A stretch of DNA of 64,000 nucleotides, from NCBI GenBank assembly GCA_964639185.1, contig CAZXCN010000001.1, positions 38,626 through 102,625 of the forward strand. Reading direction: 5' to 3'. Under the pieces are notes generated by a model. The model made no database searches. It was not told the origin of the DNA and was given only the letters and a program-made list of their open reading frames with translations. Origin of the DNA: an uncultured Candidatus Saccharibacteria bacterium. GTDB taxonomy: Bacteria > Patescibacteriota > Minisyncoccia > Phycocordibacterales > UBA9973. Each line of letters begins with the position of its first letter. Position 1 is the stretch's first letter. Shown here in pieces: positions 18,823 through 28,893 of the stretch. Made by a program: the position numbers and the translations under genes.

Positions 18823-18823
18823 C

Positions 18824-18854
18824 AAAACAACTAGGCTTGGCCTAGTTGTTTTTT
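18824..18854. terminator. Bidirectional terminator
   Basis: AAAACAACTAGG/CCTAGTTGTTTT. Confidence 0.7.
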
Positions 18855-18866
18855 AATATTTAGATT

Positions 18867-20072
18867 TTAATCCTTTATACTGTAACTTGTGGAATTCTTT
18901 GCAAGACCAAGATATGGATTAATGGATCCACCTTTGAATTCAATATGCACGTGTGGGCCTGTCGAGCGACCAGTTGAACCAACGTATCCGATAACATCAC
19001 CCTTCTTTACTGTTTGCCCTGCATGCGAAGCAACAACACTCATATGGGCAAATATTGCCTGCTTGCCATCATTGAAGTTAACAACTACATACAATCCATA
19101 TCCACCATTGTAACCGCTTGAGTCTGTTGTTAGGACAACTCCATCTTGAATAGCATATATAGGTGTACCTTTTGGAGCAGCAAAGTCATAAGCTTGGCCA
19201 TCATGCTGACCTTGTGATATTCGTCCAGTACCAGCAGGGAATGGCCAAATGTATCCTCCTGAAACTTTACCTGAATGAACCATTTGGTTTGGAGTTGCAG
19301 ATTTCTTAGTAGGTGTCTTTACTGAAGTCTTTGGCTTTTCTACTTTTGTAATAGTTGTAGATTTTACACCAACGAGGATCAATGTTTGACCCACTTTCAA
19401 ACTATCACCTTTATCCATAAGGTTGTATTCCAATATATCGCTTGTACTAATACCGTATTTATTTGAAATTCCGCCTAAAGTATCACCCTTTTTCACTACG
19501 TATGAAGCACCTTCTAGAGGGATAATTACGAGTACGGTACCTTCCTCGGTTAATTTACTCTGACTTATATCACTGTTAGCATACAAAATAGAAGCTTTTG
19601 ATACATTGTTTGCCTTAGCAATACTCTCGAGAGTATCACCAGCCTTTACTATATATAGGTTAATTCTAGAATCTGAACCAGAATAACCATTCAAGTCAGC
19701 ATCGGTGCCCATAGGGCCAGTTACTGATTCTAGGGCCTCATCACCAATAATAGTTACATCAGCATCATCAGAGCCTGGCTTCAAGTCGGTAGTTAGGGAA
19801 GATTCCATTAATGGGATATTTTGAGAATTGTGAACTGTACCATTTGATACTTCATCCAAAGCAAATGTCTGACTGCCAAATAACCCACCAATAAAGGAAA
19901 AAAGACCGGCATGAGCTTGGAAAGGTAACACCCAAACAGCCAATATTAGTACCATAGTAGAAAAAGCCTTTGACATATTAGGCTTATTTGATGAGGTTAT
20001 TTCAGTAGGAACGGCTGATCCTGGACTTTCAGGCAAGCTCATATCCTTCTTTGTATTAGAATTTATTTTCAT
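18867..20072 (-). CDS. LysM + M23 family peptidoglycan endopeptidase
   Basis: Two LysM motifs (YIVKAGDTLESIA, YVVKKGDTLGGIS); H...YD, GYG, FAHM, VGSTGRSTGPHVH. Confidence 0.92.
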   Translation of the reverse strand: MKINSNTKKDMSLPESPGSAVPTEITSSNKPNMSKAFSTMVLILAVWVLPFQAHAGLFSFIGGLFGSQTFALDEVSNGTVHNSQNIPLMESSLTTDLKPGSDDADVTIIGDEALESVTGPMGTDADLNGYSGSDSRINLYIVKAGDTLESIAKANNVSKASILYANSDISQSKLTEEGTVLVIIPLEGASYVVKKGDTLGGISNKYGISTSDILEYNLMDKGDSLKVGQTLILVGVKSTTITKVEKPKTSVKTPTKKSATPNQMVHSGKVSGGYIWPFPAGTGRISQGQHDGQAYDFAAPKGTPIYAIQDGVVLTTDSSGYNGGYGLYVVVNFNDGKQAIFAHMSVVASHAGQTVKKGDVIGYVGSTGRSTGPHVHIEFKGGSINPYLGLAKNSTSYSIKD

Positions 20073-20299
20073 AATTTATTGGGTCTTGCGGTTGGTCAGA
20101 TATATGATCTGTACAGGTATTTCGGTATTTTATAAGGCCTAAACCTTATATCTTTTAATGGTAACCGAAAGCTTTTGTATGGTCAACCAAGATATACACA
20201 ATATTATCCACAATACCTAAAATCCTAAAAATAACCTTATTTTGCCCTATAAGGCCTAAATTTTGACACTATTTATATATACGTGGTATAATTTTTAAT

Positions 20300-22312
20300 A
20301 TGGAAAAACTAAGGGTGGATACACCAAAAGAAAGGGTAGTTTCAGAAAAGCACATAAATGACATCAAAGGGCTATTGGATGTAGACAAGTCACATCAAAG
20401 TGAATTCAATCAGAAAGTTATAGATGAAATAATAAAAGCAGTCTTGAGTGGAAAGACAGAAAAAGCTCTTAAAATACTAGATTTGAAATCTCGTTCTGAA
20501 AATGGGGAACCTGTAACTATAATTCCACAAGAAATCAAGGACAATCTTATCTCTATCTCAAATCAATACAAAGAGGAAAACAATATATCAACTGATGCTG
20601 AACTAAAACACAAGCGTTATACAAACAAGCAAGCAAGGAAAGAATCATGGGAACAAGATAGGGCAAAAATACTTGAACTATTTGATTCATTTGTAAACAA
20701 ATCACCAAAACCTAAATCAAAAATTGATAACAAAAAATCAGGCATGGTAAAAGATGTTATAATCGAAGATATGGTAAAAGAAGAAGTAATTGAAAATAAA
20801 TTCGGTGGCTCTGGAAAAGGCGACAGTGATGAGATTATTGAAAATAAAGATGTTTCTAAACTTTCATTAGTGGAATTAGTACGACGTGGGTACGCATTCA
20901 ATAGCCCTCAAGTTCTTGCTGCGTTAGAAAAATCCAAAATAGATACAGAAAAACAAGAAAAAGAAATACTAGCCAAGATGGAAAGTAAAAAACAAAATTC
21001 TCAAGAAAAAGAAGCAGCTATAGAAAAAATGAGGTTTGAAAACATGATTCGAGACATAAAAACGCTCGAGGGATTAGGACGTCGTTTCAAGAACGATAAA
21101 GAAAAAATAGAATTATGGAAAAATATTTCAGAAAAATATAATTTAGGTATTATATCTATTGACCCAATAAAAAAGGAGGGTAACTCTGCCAAAGAATTTG
21201 CCATACAAAAATACGAGAAATCCTTATTAGAAATCGGAGATATCATAAAAGAGGGTGTAGATAAAGTTGTAATACATGGTAATGATGTTTATGACAAAGA
21301 AACAATGAACGCAACAAGTTTAAGATTTAAAAATGATTTAGACACAAATGGAGCATTATATTTTCTAAATGATATAGCAAATATCAAATACAAAGAAGGA
21401 TCAACAACTGAAGTAGTAAATAAGGGTGGCCGGAGCCAAGAAAACACTGGAAATGTATTGTATGTAGACGTTGGTGGAAGAACCACCGGGGTAGAGAAAA
21501 CAGGAACTGGTAAAAGAGCTTTTATAGATCATCACCAAGAGGAATACAAAACTCATGAAACTTCAGCCACACAAATAACATATGATATTCTTGTAAAGAA
21601 TAAGATAATAGAAGGTGAACCTTGGATGGAAAATTTGGTAAAATTCACTACAAACATGGATAACTTGCAGTATGTGCGGGGTAAAGATTTCGACCTAAAA
21701 TTCTTTAAAGAAAAGTGGCCTAGTAGCCTTTACTCTCTTGCAGAAAAAGTACCATTTAAATATTTAGTACAATGGTTCAAAGAAGGCCGTGATCCAAAAA
21801 ATCCTTTCACAGAAGAAGAGATAAAAAATATTAAGATAGAAAAATATTCCCCAGCTTCAAAAACAATGAGTAAACATTCTTTAGAAGGACTTATAAAAAC
21901 AAATAGCATTGCTGCAGCGAAATCAACTGCAAACATATTATTTGCAAAAGAACAGATGATAAAAAATGCAATAAAAACAAGAACGGACGAGCTTGGAAAA
22001 GTTTTATATAATACGACAGAAGAAGTGATAAATCACCGCACAGGTAATAACTCAATAAACAAAATAGATATAAATGGTTTTATACCATCTACAGCTATGG
22101 GATATGATACATTCATTTCATATAATACTGAAACTCAAAAATATTTTATAAACTCCATTAATTATGACCTTACGAACGCCTACAATAGAATAAAAAAAAT
22201 AGTTCCAGATACAAAATTGATACGCGGGGTGATGATATTGCCACCCAACAACGAAAGCAGAAAGTTAATTACCCCAGAAAAATTATTAAAAATATTAGAT
22301 TTAAAAGAATAA
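20300..22312 (+). CDS. Hypothetical protein with C-terminal DHH phosphoesterase-like domain
   Basis: VIHG...NDLDTNGA, YVDVGG, FIDHHQ, SATQI, D motifs after a charged N-terminal region; promoter TTGACA-18-TATAAT. Confidence 0.55.
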   Translation: MEKLRVDTPKERVVSEKHINDIKGLLDVDKSHQSEFNQKVIDEIIKAVLSGKTEKALKILDLKSRSENGEPVTIIPQEIKDNLISISNQYKEENNISTDAELKHKRYTNKQARKESWEQDRAKILELFDSFVNKSPKPKSKIDNKKSGMVKDVIIEDMVKEEVIENKFGGSGKGDSDEIIENKDVSKLSLVELVRRGYAFNSPQVLAALEKSKIDTEKQEKEILAKMESKKQNSQEKEAAIEKMRFENMIRDIKTLEGLGRRFKNDKEKIELWKNISEKYNLGIISIDPIKKEGNSAKEFAIQKYEKSLLEIGDIIKEGVDKVVIHGNDVYDKETMNATSLRFKNDLDTNGALYFLNDIANIKYKEGSTTEVVNKGGRSQENTGNVLYVDVGGRTTGVEKTGTGKRAFIDHHQEEYKTHETSATQITYDILVKNKIIEGEPWMENLVKFTTNMDNLQYVRGKDFDLKFFKEKWPSSLYSLAEKVPFKYLVQWFKEGRDPKNPFTEEEIKNIKIEKYSPASKTMSKHSLEGLIKTNSIAAAKSTANILFAKEQMIKNAIKTRTDELGKVLYNTTEEVINHRTGNNSINKIDINGFIPSTAMGYDTFISYNTETQKYFINSINYDLTNAYNRIKKIVPDTKLIRGVMILPPNNESRKLITPEKLLKILDLKE

Positions 22313-22315
22313 CAT

Positions 22316-23350
22316 ATGGCAAATAAATTTGAATTTACATTTAAAGATGGAACAATCCTTACAGGGAATAGTCTTTCTGATGCATTGTTAAATTCAAAGA
22401 AAAGAAATCCTGTAAAACCAGAGTCTACATCTAAAAATCCAGCAGAAAAAACACCAGAAGAATCCGATAATCTAAAGAGCAAAATAGATGATCTGAATTC
22501 TCGTGGGGTAAAATTTACACAAACAAAAAATGGAGACAAGGAGGTTATTAAGTATGATGACAAAATAGAAACATACACAAATGGTACATTTACTAGTGTT
22601 GAATGGATATTAGATCAAAACAATGATGAGGATATAGATGGGTCAAAATTTGAACCAGTAGAGTTAGATACAAAATTCAACGAACAACTTACTGGGCTTA
22701 TCAAGCAGTACATGGAACTAAATAAAGAAATTATTAAAGAAAAAAATGAGTATAACAAATTAAAAGAAGAAATAAGAGGTATTAAAACAGAAAAATCCAT
22801 GAATGCAGTAGAGGCATTGGAGGAGTTGAAAAGTATTGATAAAAAAATAGAAGAGAAAGATAAAAAATTACAGTCTATGGTTGATAAGAATGAGGAGTGG
22901 CGGAAAATATATGATGAAATAAATATTTTAGAAGAAAATAAATTAAAACCTCATTCCATATTGTACCCAAATGCATATAAAGCATTTAATAAAATAAACC
23001 CAGAAAATACATACCCCATCGACGTACTTAGTAACACAACGGATAAAAAGGGTAATTACCAAGATCCTATGACTTATCACCAAAGAACATTCCATGCGTT
23101 TCAAGAAATAAATGAAGACGAAGGGTATTTTGATATGAGTATTCTAGGTTTTTATAAGATTTTGAAAAATAGAGAAGATGTATCTAACAAAAATGGCATT
23201 GATTCAAAATCACGAAAGGCGATATATAAAGTCATTGGCCCTGATGGATCCATACTGATAGATAATGTTGGGTATAAGGAGGCAAGTAAATTTATGGATA
23301 AAGAATCCGAAAAATATAAAATAAAACTTGAGAAAGAGTTTAGTGTATAA
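22316..23350 (+). CDS. Hypothetical coiled-coil protein
   Basis: 344-aa K/E-rich ORF, tightly linked to its neighbours. Confidence 0.7.
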   Translation: MANKFEFTFKDGTILTGNSLSDALLNSKKRNPVKPESTSKNPAEKTPEESDNLKSKIDDLNSRGVKFTQTKNGDKEVIKYDDKIETYTNGTFTSVEWILDQNNDEDIDGSKFEPVELDTKFNEQLTGLIKQYMELNKEIIKEKNEYNKLKEEIRGIKTEKSMNAVEALEELKSIDKKIEEKDKKLQSMVDKNEEWRKIYDEINILEENKLKPHSILYPNAYKAFNKINPENTYPIDVLSNTTDKKGNYQDPMTYHQRTFHAFQEINEDEGYFDMSILGFYKILKNREDVSNKNGIDSKSRKAIYKVIGPDGSILIDNVGYKEASKFMDKESEKYKIKLEKEFSV

Positions 23351-23369
23351 TTAATTCATATAAATAAAC

Positions 23370-25661
23370 ATGATAGAACCTATGACAATTAATCCGGAAG
23401 AATTAGCGAAAAAAGAAGCAGAATTGCTTGAAAAGGAAGCTCGTATAGCTCACTTGAGCGCAGAAGCAAGTAAACTTGGTGATGGTATTACTGTATTGCT
23501 AAAAACAAAAACTCCCGAGGAATTGCTGGCTATGGGTTTGAGCAAGGAAGAGCTCGAGGGGTTTGGAATAAATATAGATGGGTCAAAATTTGAACCTAAA
23601 AAATACAAAGAAGAGACTAGGGAACAAAAGGCAGTAGAAGAAGCTCGGGAAAAATATGCGAAGGAAATTTCTAAGTATAAAAAGGAAACTAAAATATGGG
23701 ACAAGATGAAGCACCACATAACTCCAGAGAAAAAACATGCCTATATAAATGATAAGTTTCCAAATGTTGCACTCCTAAAGGAATCTTATGATAAAGCCCG
23801 AATAGAATTGGGTAATAAAATGTATTTTGACAAGAAGATGGAGCTGGAAAAAACTGGAAAATCTGACTCTGAAATAAAAGAAGAATTAGATGAATATAAA
23901 AACTATGAAATCAAGTTTGCAATACATTTTGTAGAACATGCAAAAAGTAATGTAATTCGTTCAGAGAGATTACCACTAAATGCTAGAGAATCTTTAAATA
24001 AGACATTAGAATTTACCCAAAAAGCTTACATCCAAACAATGGACAAAGCTTCAAAGGCTTATTCAGCTGTAATGAATTCCAAGGCTATGGATCTTTATAA
24101 AAAAGTGGGAGATTGGGGTTCAAAATCAAAATATGGTCATGCAAACATAAAAGGGTACGATCTTACCGCTGGGAAGTTGGCCCGCTCTGCAGTATTAGGT
24201 CTTGGAACAGGATTTGCTTTCGGCGCTGCAGCTTATGGAATTCGATTTATTCGAGGTACTGCTATTGCTATGGGAGGGGGGATAGCTATCAGTAAGATGA
24301 ATGCTTGGCACCAACAAAGATTAGATATCTTAAATCAAGAAAAAAATGATGCGATGCAATCTCTTTCTGGATTAAATACAGCCGAGCAATTAATAAATCA
24401 AGAAAAAATATCAGATATAGAGAAAAGAATTAGAAAGGAGGATAGGGCTCATATGTTAAAAATGGGTGCAATCGCAGCCCTTATGCTAGGGGCCAACTGG
24501 GGTGCAGCAAAAGCTGAAAATTCCATGTTTGGGCATGGGGCAGAAGAAACTGGAAGTGAACCGAAGTCAAAAGATAAAGAAGAGACAACAGTTACCGAAA
24601 AGAAAGTTGAAGATAAGCCAAAAATCAAAAAACCGGAACCAACTACTGCTCCTAAAACAAAAACCCCAGAGGCAAATAATAATGTTGTAAAAACTCCAGA
24701 AAAAAAATCTATTATCCCAAAAGAAGCCTTTATAGATTCAAAGCACAATATAGGTATTACTTATGCATTTAGAAGTCAGCTAGAAGCCAATAGTGATCTT
24801 GCCCACAAGCTGGGCTATGATGTAGCACCTAATAAACCACAATTCCTTGCAGACCTTGGTAAAAAGCTAGGATACATTGGTGAAAATGGTGACGTGCGTG
24901 TACGCGGAGACGGCATGGGTGCAGCATATGTGTTACACATAGATGCAAGTGGTAATCCATATGTTGAAGAATTTCAAAATGGAATTTCTTCAGATACAGT
25001 TCATCATATTGGTGATAAATTTGAAGACAGGGATGTGCAGGAAAAATATGAATACTATAACGAAAATACTCCTAAAAATACAAGCGCAGGTACTAAAGGC
25101 GAATTCGATGGAGAAGCCACAAGTATTGCCCCATCTGGTACTCGAGCAGAGGGCAGTGCCGACGAATTTGCTGGTGAAGCAAAAGTTGTCCAAGGGGCAC
25201 CTTTGGGTGATAATAATAGTACAGACGGAAAATTTGGCCCGAAAACAAAAAGCGCATTGAACATTTACCAAACCGGAAACAAAGACCTGTTGAGTACAAA
25301 TGGCGTAGCCGAAGAGCTAGCACGTCGAGCAGATGCCATAGCAAATACAAATAGTGCTGGGTTGGATAATATCAACATCGAAAACACTGCATTGTTTATA
25401 AATGAAAAATCTGAAATTTTAAAAAATACATTCAAGAAATTCCTATCTAATGATTATAATCATAAAAATTGGGAACATGTTCAATATAAAAATATGAATG
25501 AATTAGCAAGCAAGGATAACCCGTATGAATTTGCATCCAGAGGTGAGCGTAAGTCTGTAATACGATTATTGAAACAAGCAAAGGAAATGGGTATTGATTA
25601 TCATGACAAGACAGCCGACCAATTGGTAAACGATATGACTAAACACGAATTAGGTAAATAA
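23370..25661 (+). CDS. Large hypothetical protein (coiled coils, Gly-rich hydrophobic segments, partial peptidoglycan-binding motif)
   Basis: AVLGLGTGFAFGAAAYG and MGAIAALMLGANWG segments; DGKFGPKTKSAL..YQ resembles the PG_binding_1 motif. Confidence 0.7.
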   Translation: MIEPMTINPEELAKKEAELLEKEARIAHLSAEASKLGDGITVLLKTKTPEELLAMGLSKEELEGFGINIDGSKFEPKKYKEETREQKAVEEAREKYAKEISKYKKETKIWDKMKHHITPEKKHAYINDKFPNVALLKESYDKARIELGNKMYFDKKMELEKTGKSDSEIKEELDEYKNYEIKFAIHFVEHAKSNVIRSERLPLNARESLNKTLEFTQKAYIQTMDKASKAYSAVMNSKAMDLYKKVGDWGSKSKYGHANIKGYDLTAGKLARSAVLGLGTGFAFGAAAYGIRFIRGTAIAMGGGIAISKMNAWHQQRLDILNQEKNDAMQSLSGLNTAEQLINQEKISDIEKRIRKEDRAHMLKMGAIAALMLGANWGAAKAENSMFGHGAEETGSEPKSKDKEETTVTEKKVEDKPKIKKPEPTTAPKTKTPEANNNVVKTPEKKSIIPKEAFIDSKHNIGITYAFRSQLEANSDLAHKLGYDVAPNKPQFLADLGKKLGYIGENGDVRVRGDGMGAAYVLHIDASGNPYVEEFQNGISSDTVHHIGDKFEDRDVQEKYEYYNENTPKNTSAGTKGEFDGEATSIAPSGTRAEGSADEFAGEAKVVQGAPLGDNNSTDGKFGPKTKSALNIYQTGNKDLLSTNGVAEELARRADAIANTNSAGLDNINIENTALFINEKSEILKNTFKKFLSNDYNHKNWEHVQYKNMNELASKDNPYEFASRGERKSVIRLLKQAKEMGIDYHDKTADQLVNDMTKHELGK

Positions 25662-25702
25662 ATTATTAATTAGTATCCTGCTATTTGGCAGGCAAAAATA
25701 TT

Positions 25703-26017
25703 ATGGCATTTGATACAAATACACATTCAATATTGGCAAAAGCTTTGGGGGTAGATGGATTACCCGAAGATAAAAAAGAGGCAATGATAGAATCTGCGGG
25801 GGCTATTGTCTACCAAGCAGTATTAACGAAAGCAATGGAGGAATTACCTGAAGAAGCTCTAGATGAATTCGAGAAAATAATAAACGCTGAACCAACTCCT
25901 GAATTAGTCTTTGCATTCTTCCGAAGTAATATCATGAACTTTGATTCAATGATAGAAGAGGAGGCAAAAGCATTTATCGAAGACGGGCAAAATATTATGA
26001 ATCAGATAGGGGAATAA
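25703..26017 (+). CDS. Small acidic CPR-type hypothetical protein (DUF5663-like)
   Basis: LGVDGLPEDKKE.MI...GAIVYQAV....E.L...EF....FF..NI.NF..MIEEE pattern; ATG at 25703. Confidence 0.6.
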   Translation: MAFDTNTHSILAKALGVDGLPEDKKEAMIESAGAIVYQAVLTKAMEELPEEALDEFEKIINAEPTPELVFAFFRSNIMNFDSMIEEEAKAFIEDGQNIMNQIGE

Positions 26018-26028
26018 GTAGAAAAGAA

Positions 26029-26071
26029 TAACACAAAAATACCACAGTAAAGCTGTGGTATTTTTGTGTTA
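26029..26071 (+). terminator. Intrinsic terminator
   Basis: TAACACAAAAATACCACAG/CTGTGGTATTTTTGTGTTA. Confidence 0.75.
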
Positions 26072-26083
26072 GAATAGTGTGAT

Positions 26084-28000
26084 ATGAATATGAATTATCT
26101 AGATGAATTAAATGAAAAACAACGAACAGCTGCCGAATACCTCGAAGGACCTCTGTTGATAGTCGCTGGTGCAGGTGCAGGCAAAACCAAAACTCTTACA
26201 TATCGTATAACAAACCTTATCAGTCACGGTGTTGAACCATCGCAAATATTGGCAGTTACATTTACAAACAAAGCAGCAATGGAAATGCGTGAGAGAACAA
26301 TAAAAATGCTCGAGGGGCGCAATTATAATTCTGTACCACTTATATCAACTTTTCACTCATTAGGAGTAAGGATCATAAAGGAAAATGCTCAAAAATTGGG
26401 CCTAACTCGACATTTTGCAATAGCCGATGAATCCGATGCATTAACAATAATAAAAAATGCATTAAAAGAATTAGACTTGGACATAAAACAATACGAACCT
26501 AGAAAAATAAAGTCGATAATATCACGTTCCAAGGGTGACTTCATAACCCAAAGCAAATTTGCCGAGGATGCAGTATCGCACTTTGCACAGCTTGTTGCTC
26601 GTATATGGAAGATGTATGAAGAGGGCCTAAAGAAGGAACAAGCCTTGGATTTCGATGACCTATTACTTGAAACAGTATTATTATTGCGTAAAAATCCTGA
26701 AATATGCGAGCAGTATAAAAAACGTTGGCAATATATACATATCGATGAATATCAAGATACGAATGAGGTTCAATATGAATTGACCAAATTATTAGTAGGT
26801 GACAAGCACAATATTTGCGTCGTAGGTGACACTGATCAGAATATATATAGCTGGCGCGGAGCAAATATTAAAAACATGCTTCATTTTGAAAAGGATTACC
26901 CAACAACCAAAATAGTTATGCTTGAACAAAATTATCGTTCTACAAAAACAATCATCGAAGCAGCAAATGAAGTAATAAAGAAAAATATTTACCGAGCTCC
27001 AAAAGATTTATTTACCGAAAATGCTGTTGGCGACACTATCACACTACACGAAGCGTATGATGAAGTATATGAAGCCAACTTTGTAGCCAATACTATATAT
27101 GAATTACTAGAAGGGGGGCATGCTGAGCCCTCAGATATTGCAGTGTTGTATCGTGCTAATTTTCAATCTCGAGTACTAGAAGAAGCACTGCTTGGAAAGC
27201 AAATACCGTACCAAGTATTGGGTGTAAAATTCTTTGAACGTCGCGAAGTTCGTGACATGTTGTCATACATACGAGCAAGCCTTAACAAAGAAAGCTTGTC
27301 GGATATAAGGCGTATTATAAATGTCCCTGCCCGTGGTATTGGCAAAGTAACAATTGCAAAATTATTTGCCAACCAATTTTCAGATTTACCAGCAAGTATG
27401 CAAATAAAAATAAATAAATTCTACGAACTACTAAATGATATCAAAGAGTGTAGTGACAGTAATCCCGTAAGCGAGGTTATAAAATTTACACTCTCAGCAA
27501 GTGGCTTGGACAAAGAACTCGCTGATAGTGGCGAGGAAGGGATGGAAAGATTGGAAAATATAAAAGAATTAGTAACTCTTGCTACCAAATATGATGCGTA
27601 TGGCGAAGAAGGGTTAGACATGTTACTAACCGATGCATCACTTGCCAGTGACCAAGACAGCCTCAATGAAGTACGCGAAGGTATCCGCCTAATGACAGTG
27701 CATGCTTCTAAAGGTTTAGAATTCAAGTATGTATTCATAACTGGCCTCGAACAAGATTTGTTTCCACATCAACGATCTAATAATTCAAAGAATGCTGGTG
27801 AGAGCGAGGAGGAACGTAGATTATTTTATGTTGCCCTAACTCGAGCAGAACATAAATTGTATTTATCATACGCATCTTTACGAACAATATTTGGCATGAA
27901 GCAAGTAAACAGCCCGAGTGAATTCTTGTCTGATATTCCTACACACCTAACCAATTTTCAAACAGGTGGTGGTAATGGTGAAAGGATAGTTTATTTATAA
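26084..28000 (+). CDS. pcrA: ATP-dependent DNA helicase UvrD/PcrA
   Basis: AGAGAGKT, TFTNKAA, IDEYQDTN, VGDTDQNIYSWRGA, LEQNYRS, MTVHASKGLEF, EEERRLFYVALTRA. Confidence 0.93.
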   Translation: MNMNYLDELNEKQRTAAEYLEGPLLIVAGAGAGKTKTLTYRITNLISHGVEPSQILAVTFTNKAAMEMRERTIKMLEGRNYNSVPLISTFHSLGVRIIKENAQKLGLTRHFAIADESDALTIIKNALKELDLDIKQYEPRKIKSIISRSKGDFITQSKFAEDAVSHFAQLVARIWKMYEEGLKKEQALDFDDLLLETVLLLRKNPEICEQYKKRWQYIHIDEYQDTNEVQYELTKLLVGDKHNICVVGDTDQNIYSWRGANIKNMLHFEKDYPTTKIVMLEQNYRSTKTIIEAANEVIKKNIYRAPKDLFTENAVGDTITLHEAYDEVYEANFVANTIYELLEGGHAEPSDIAVLYRANFQSRVLEEALLGKQIPYQVLGVKFFERREVRDMLSYIRASLNKESLSDIRRIINVPARGIGKVTIAKLFANQFSDLPASMQIKINKFYELLNDIKECSDSNPVSEVIKFTLSASGLDKELADSGEEGMERLENIKELVTLATKYDAYGEEGLDMLLTDASLASDQDSLNEVREGIRLMTVHASKGLEFKYVFITGLEQDLFPHQRSNNSKNAGESEEERRLFYVALTRAEHKLYLSYASLRTIFGMKQVNSPSEFLSDIPTHLTNFQTGGGNGERIVYL

Positions 28001-28040
28001 AATTTTCATCTTTTAGAGATAAGCTGTTATCATATAGTAT

Positions 28041-28868
28041 ATGTTACACAAAGCAAAAAAGTCATTGGGGCAGAACTTTCTTAAATCAAAGGGGGCTTTG
28101 TTGGCTATGTGTAAAGCAGGTGAATTAACTGGCAACGATATTGTCCTTGAAATAGGCCCTGGCAAGGGTGCACTGACTGAATACTTACTAAAAGAAGCAA
28201 AGAAAGTGATCGCAGTTGAAAAAGATTACGATTTGGCTATATTTTTGTCAGAAAAATTCAAAAAAGAGGTGGTGGATGGTAAATTAGTGCTTGTTCAAGG
28301 AGATATTTTGGAAAAAGACCCAAGTATATATGGATTAAAGGATGGAAAATATAAACTTATAGCCAATATCCCGTACAATATTACTGGTGCAATATTCAAA
28401 AAATTCCTATCTGGGCCTGTAAAACCAAGCATTATGACACTTTTAGTTCAAAAAGAGGTAGCCGAGAGGGTAGTCGCCCGTGATAAAAAAGAAAGTATCC
28501 TATCTATAAGCGTAAAAGTGTATGGTATTCCAAAATACATAACAAAAGTAAGCAAAAAATACTTTTCCCCTTCACCAAAAGTAGATTCCGCAATAATACA
28601 AATAACTAGTATTTCGAACAAATTATTCAAAAACAAAGAACTCGAGTCATGGTTCTTCCAAATATTAAAAGCTGGTTTTGCTCATAAAAGGAAGGTACTC
28701 AAGAGTAATTTAAATATTATTGCAAAAACAGAAGATATAAATCAAGTTTTTGAAAAATTACAAATAAATGGAAAATCTCGTGCTGAAAATATTGAAATTG
28801 GCACATGGGTCAAATTGGCAAGTGAATTGTCTGTAGAAAATAGTAAAAACTTTCAAAAGGTTATATAA
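28041..28868 (+). CDS. rsmA: 16S rRNA adenine dimethyltransferase
   Basis: KKSLGQNFL, LEIGPGKGALT, ANIPYNIT, QKEVAER, FSPSPKVDSA. Confidence 0.95.
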   Translation: MLHKAKKSLGQNFLKSKGALLAMCKAGELTGNDIVLEIGPGKGALTEYLLKEAKKVIAVEKDYDLAIFLSEKFKKEVVDGKLVLVQGDILEKDPSIYGLKDGKYKLIANIPYNITGAIFKKFLSGPVKPSIMTLLVQKEVAERVVARDKKESILSISVKVYGIPKYITKVSKKYFSPSPKVDSAIIQITSISNKLFKNKELESWFFQILKAGFAHKRKVLKSNLNIIAKTEDINQVFEKLQINGKSRAENIEIGTWVKLASELSVENSKNFQKVI

Positions 28869-28893
28869 TATTATTACACATGTTGTGTAATAA

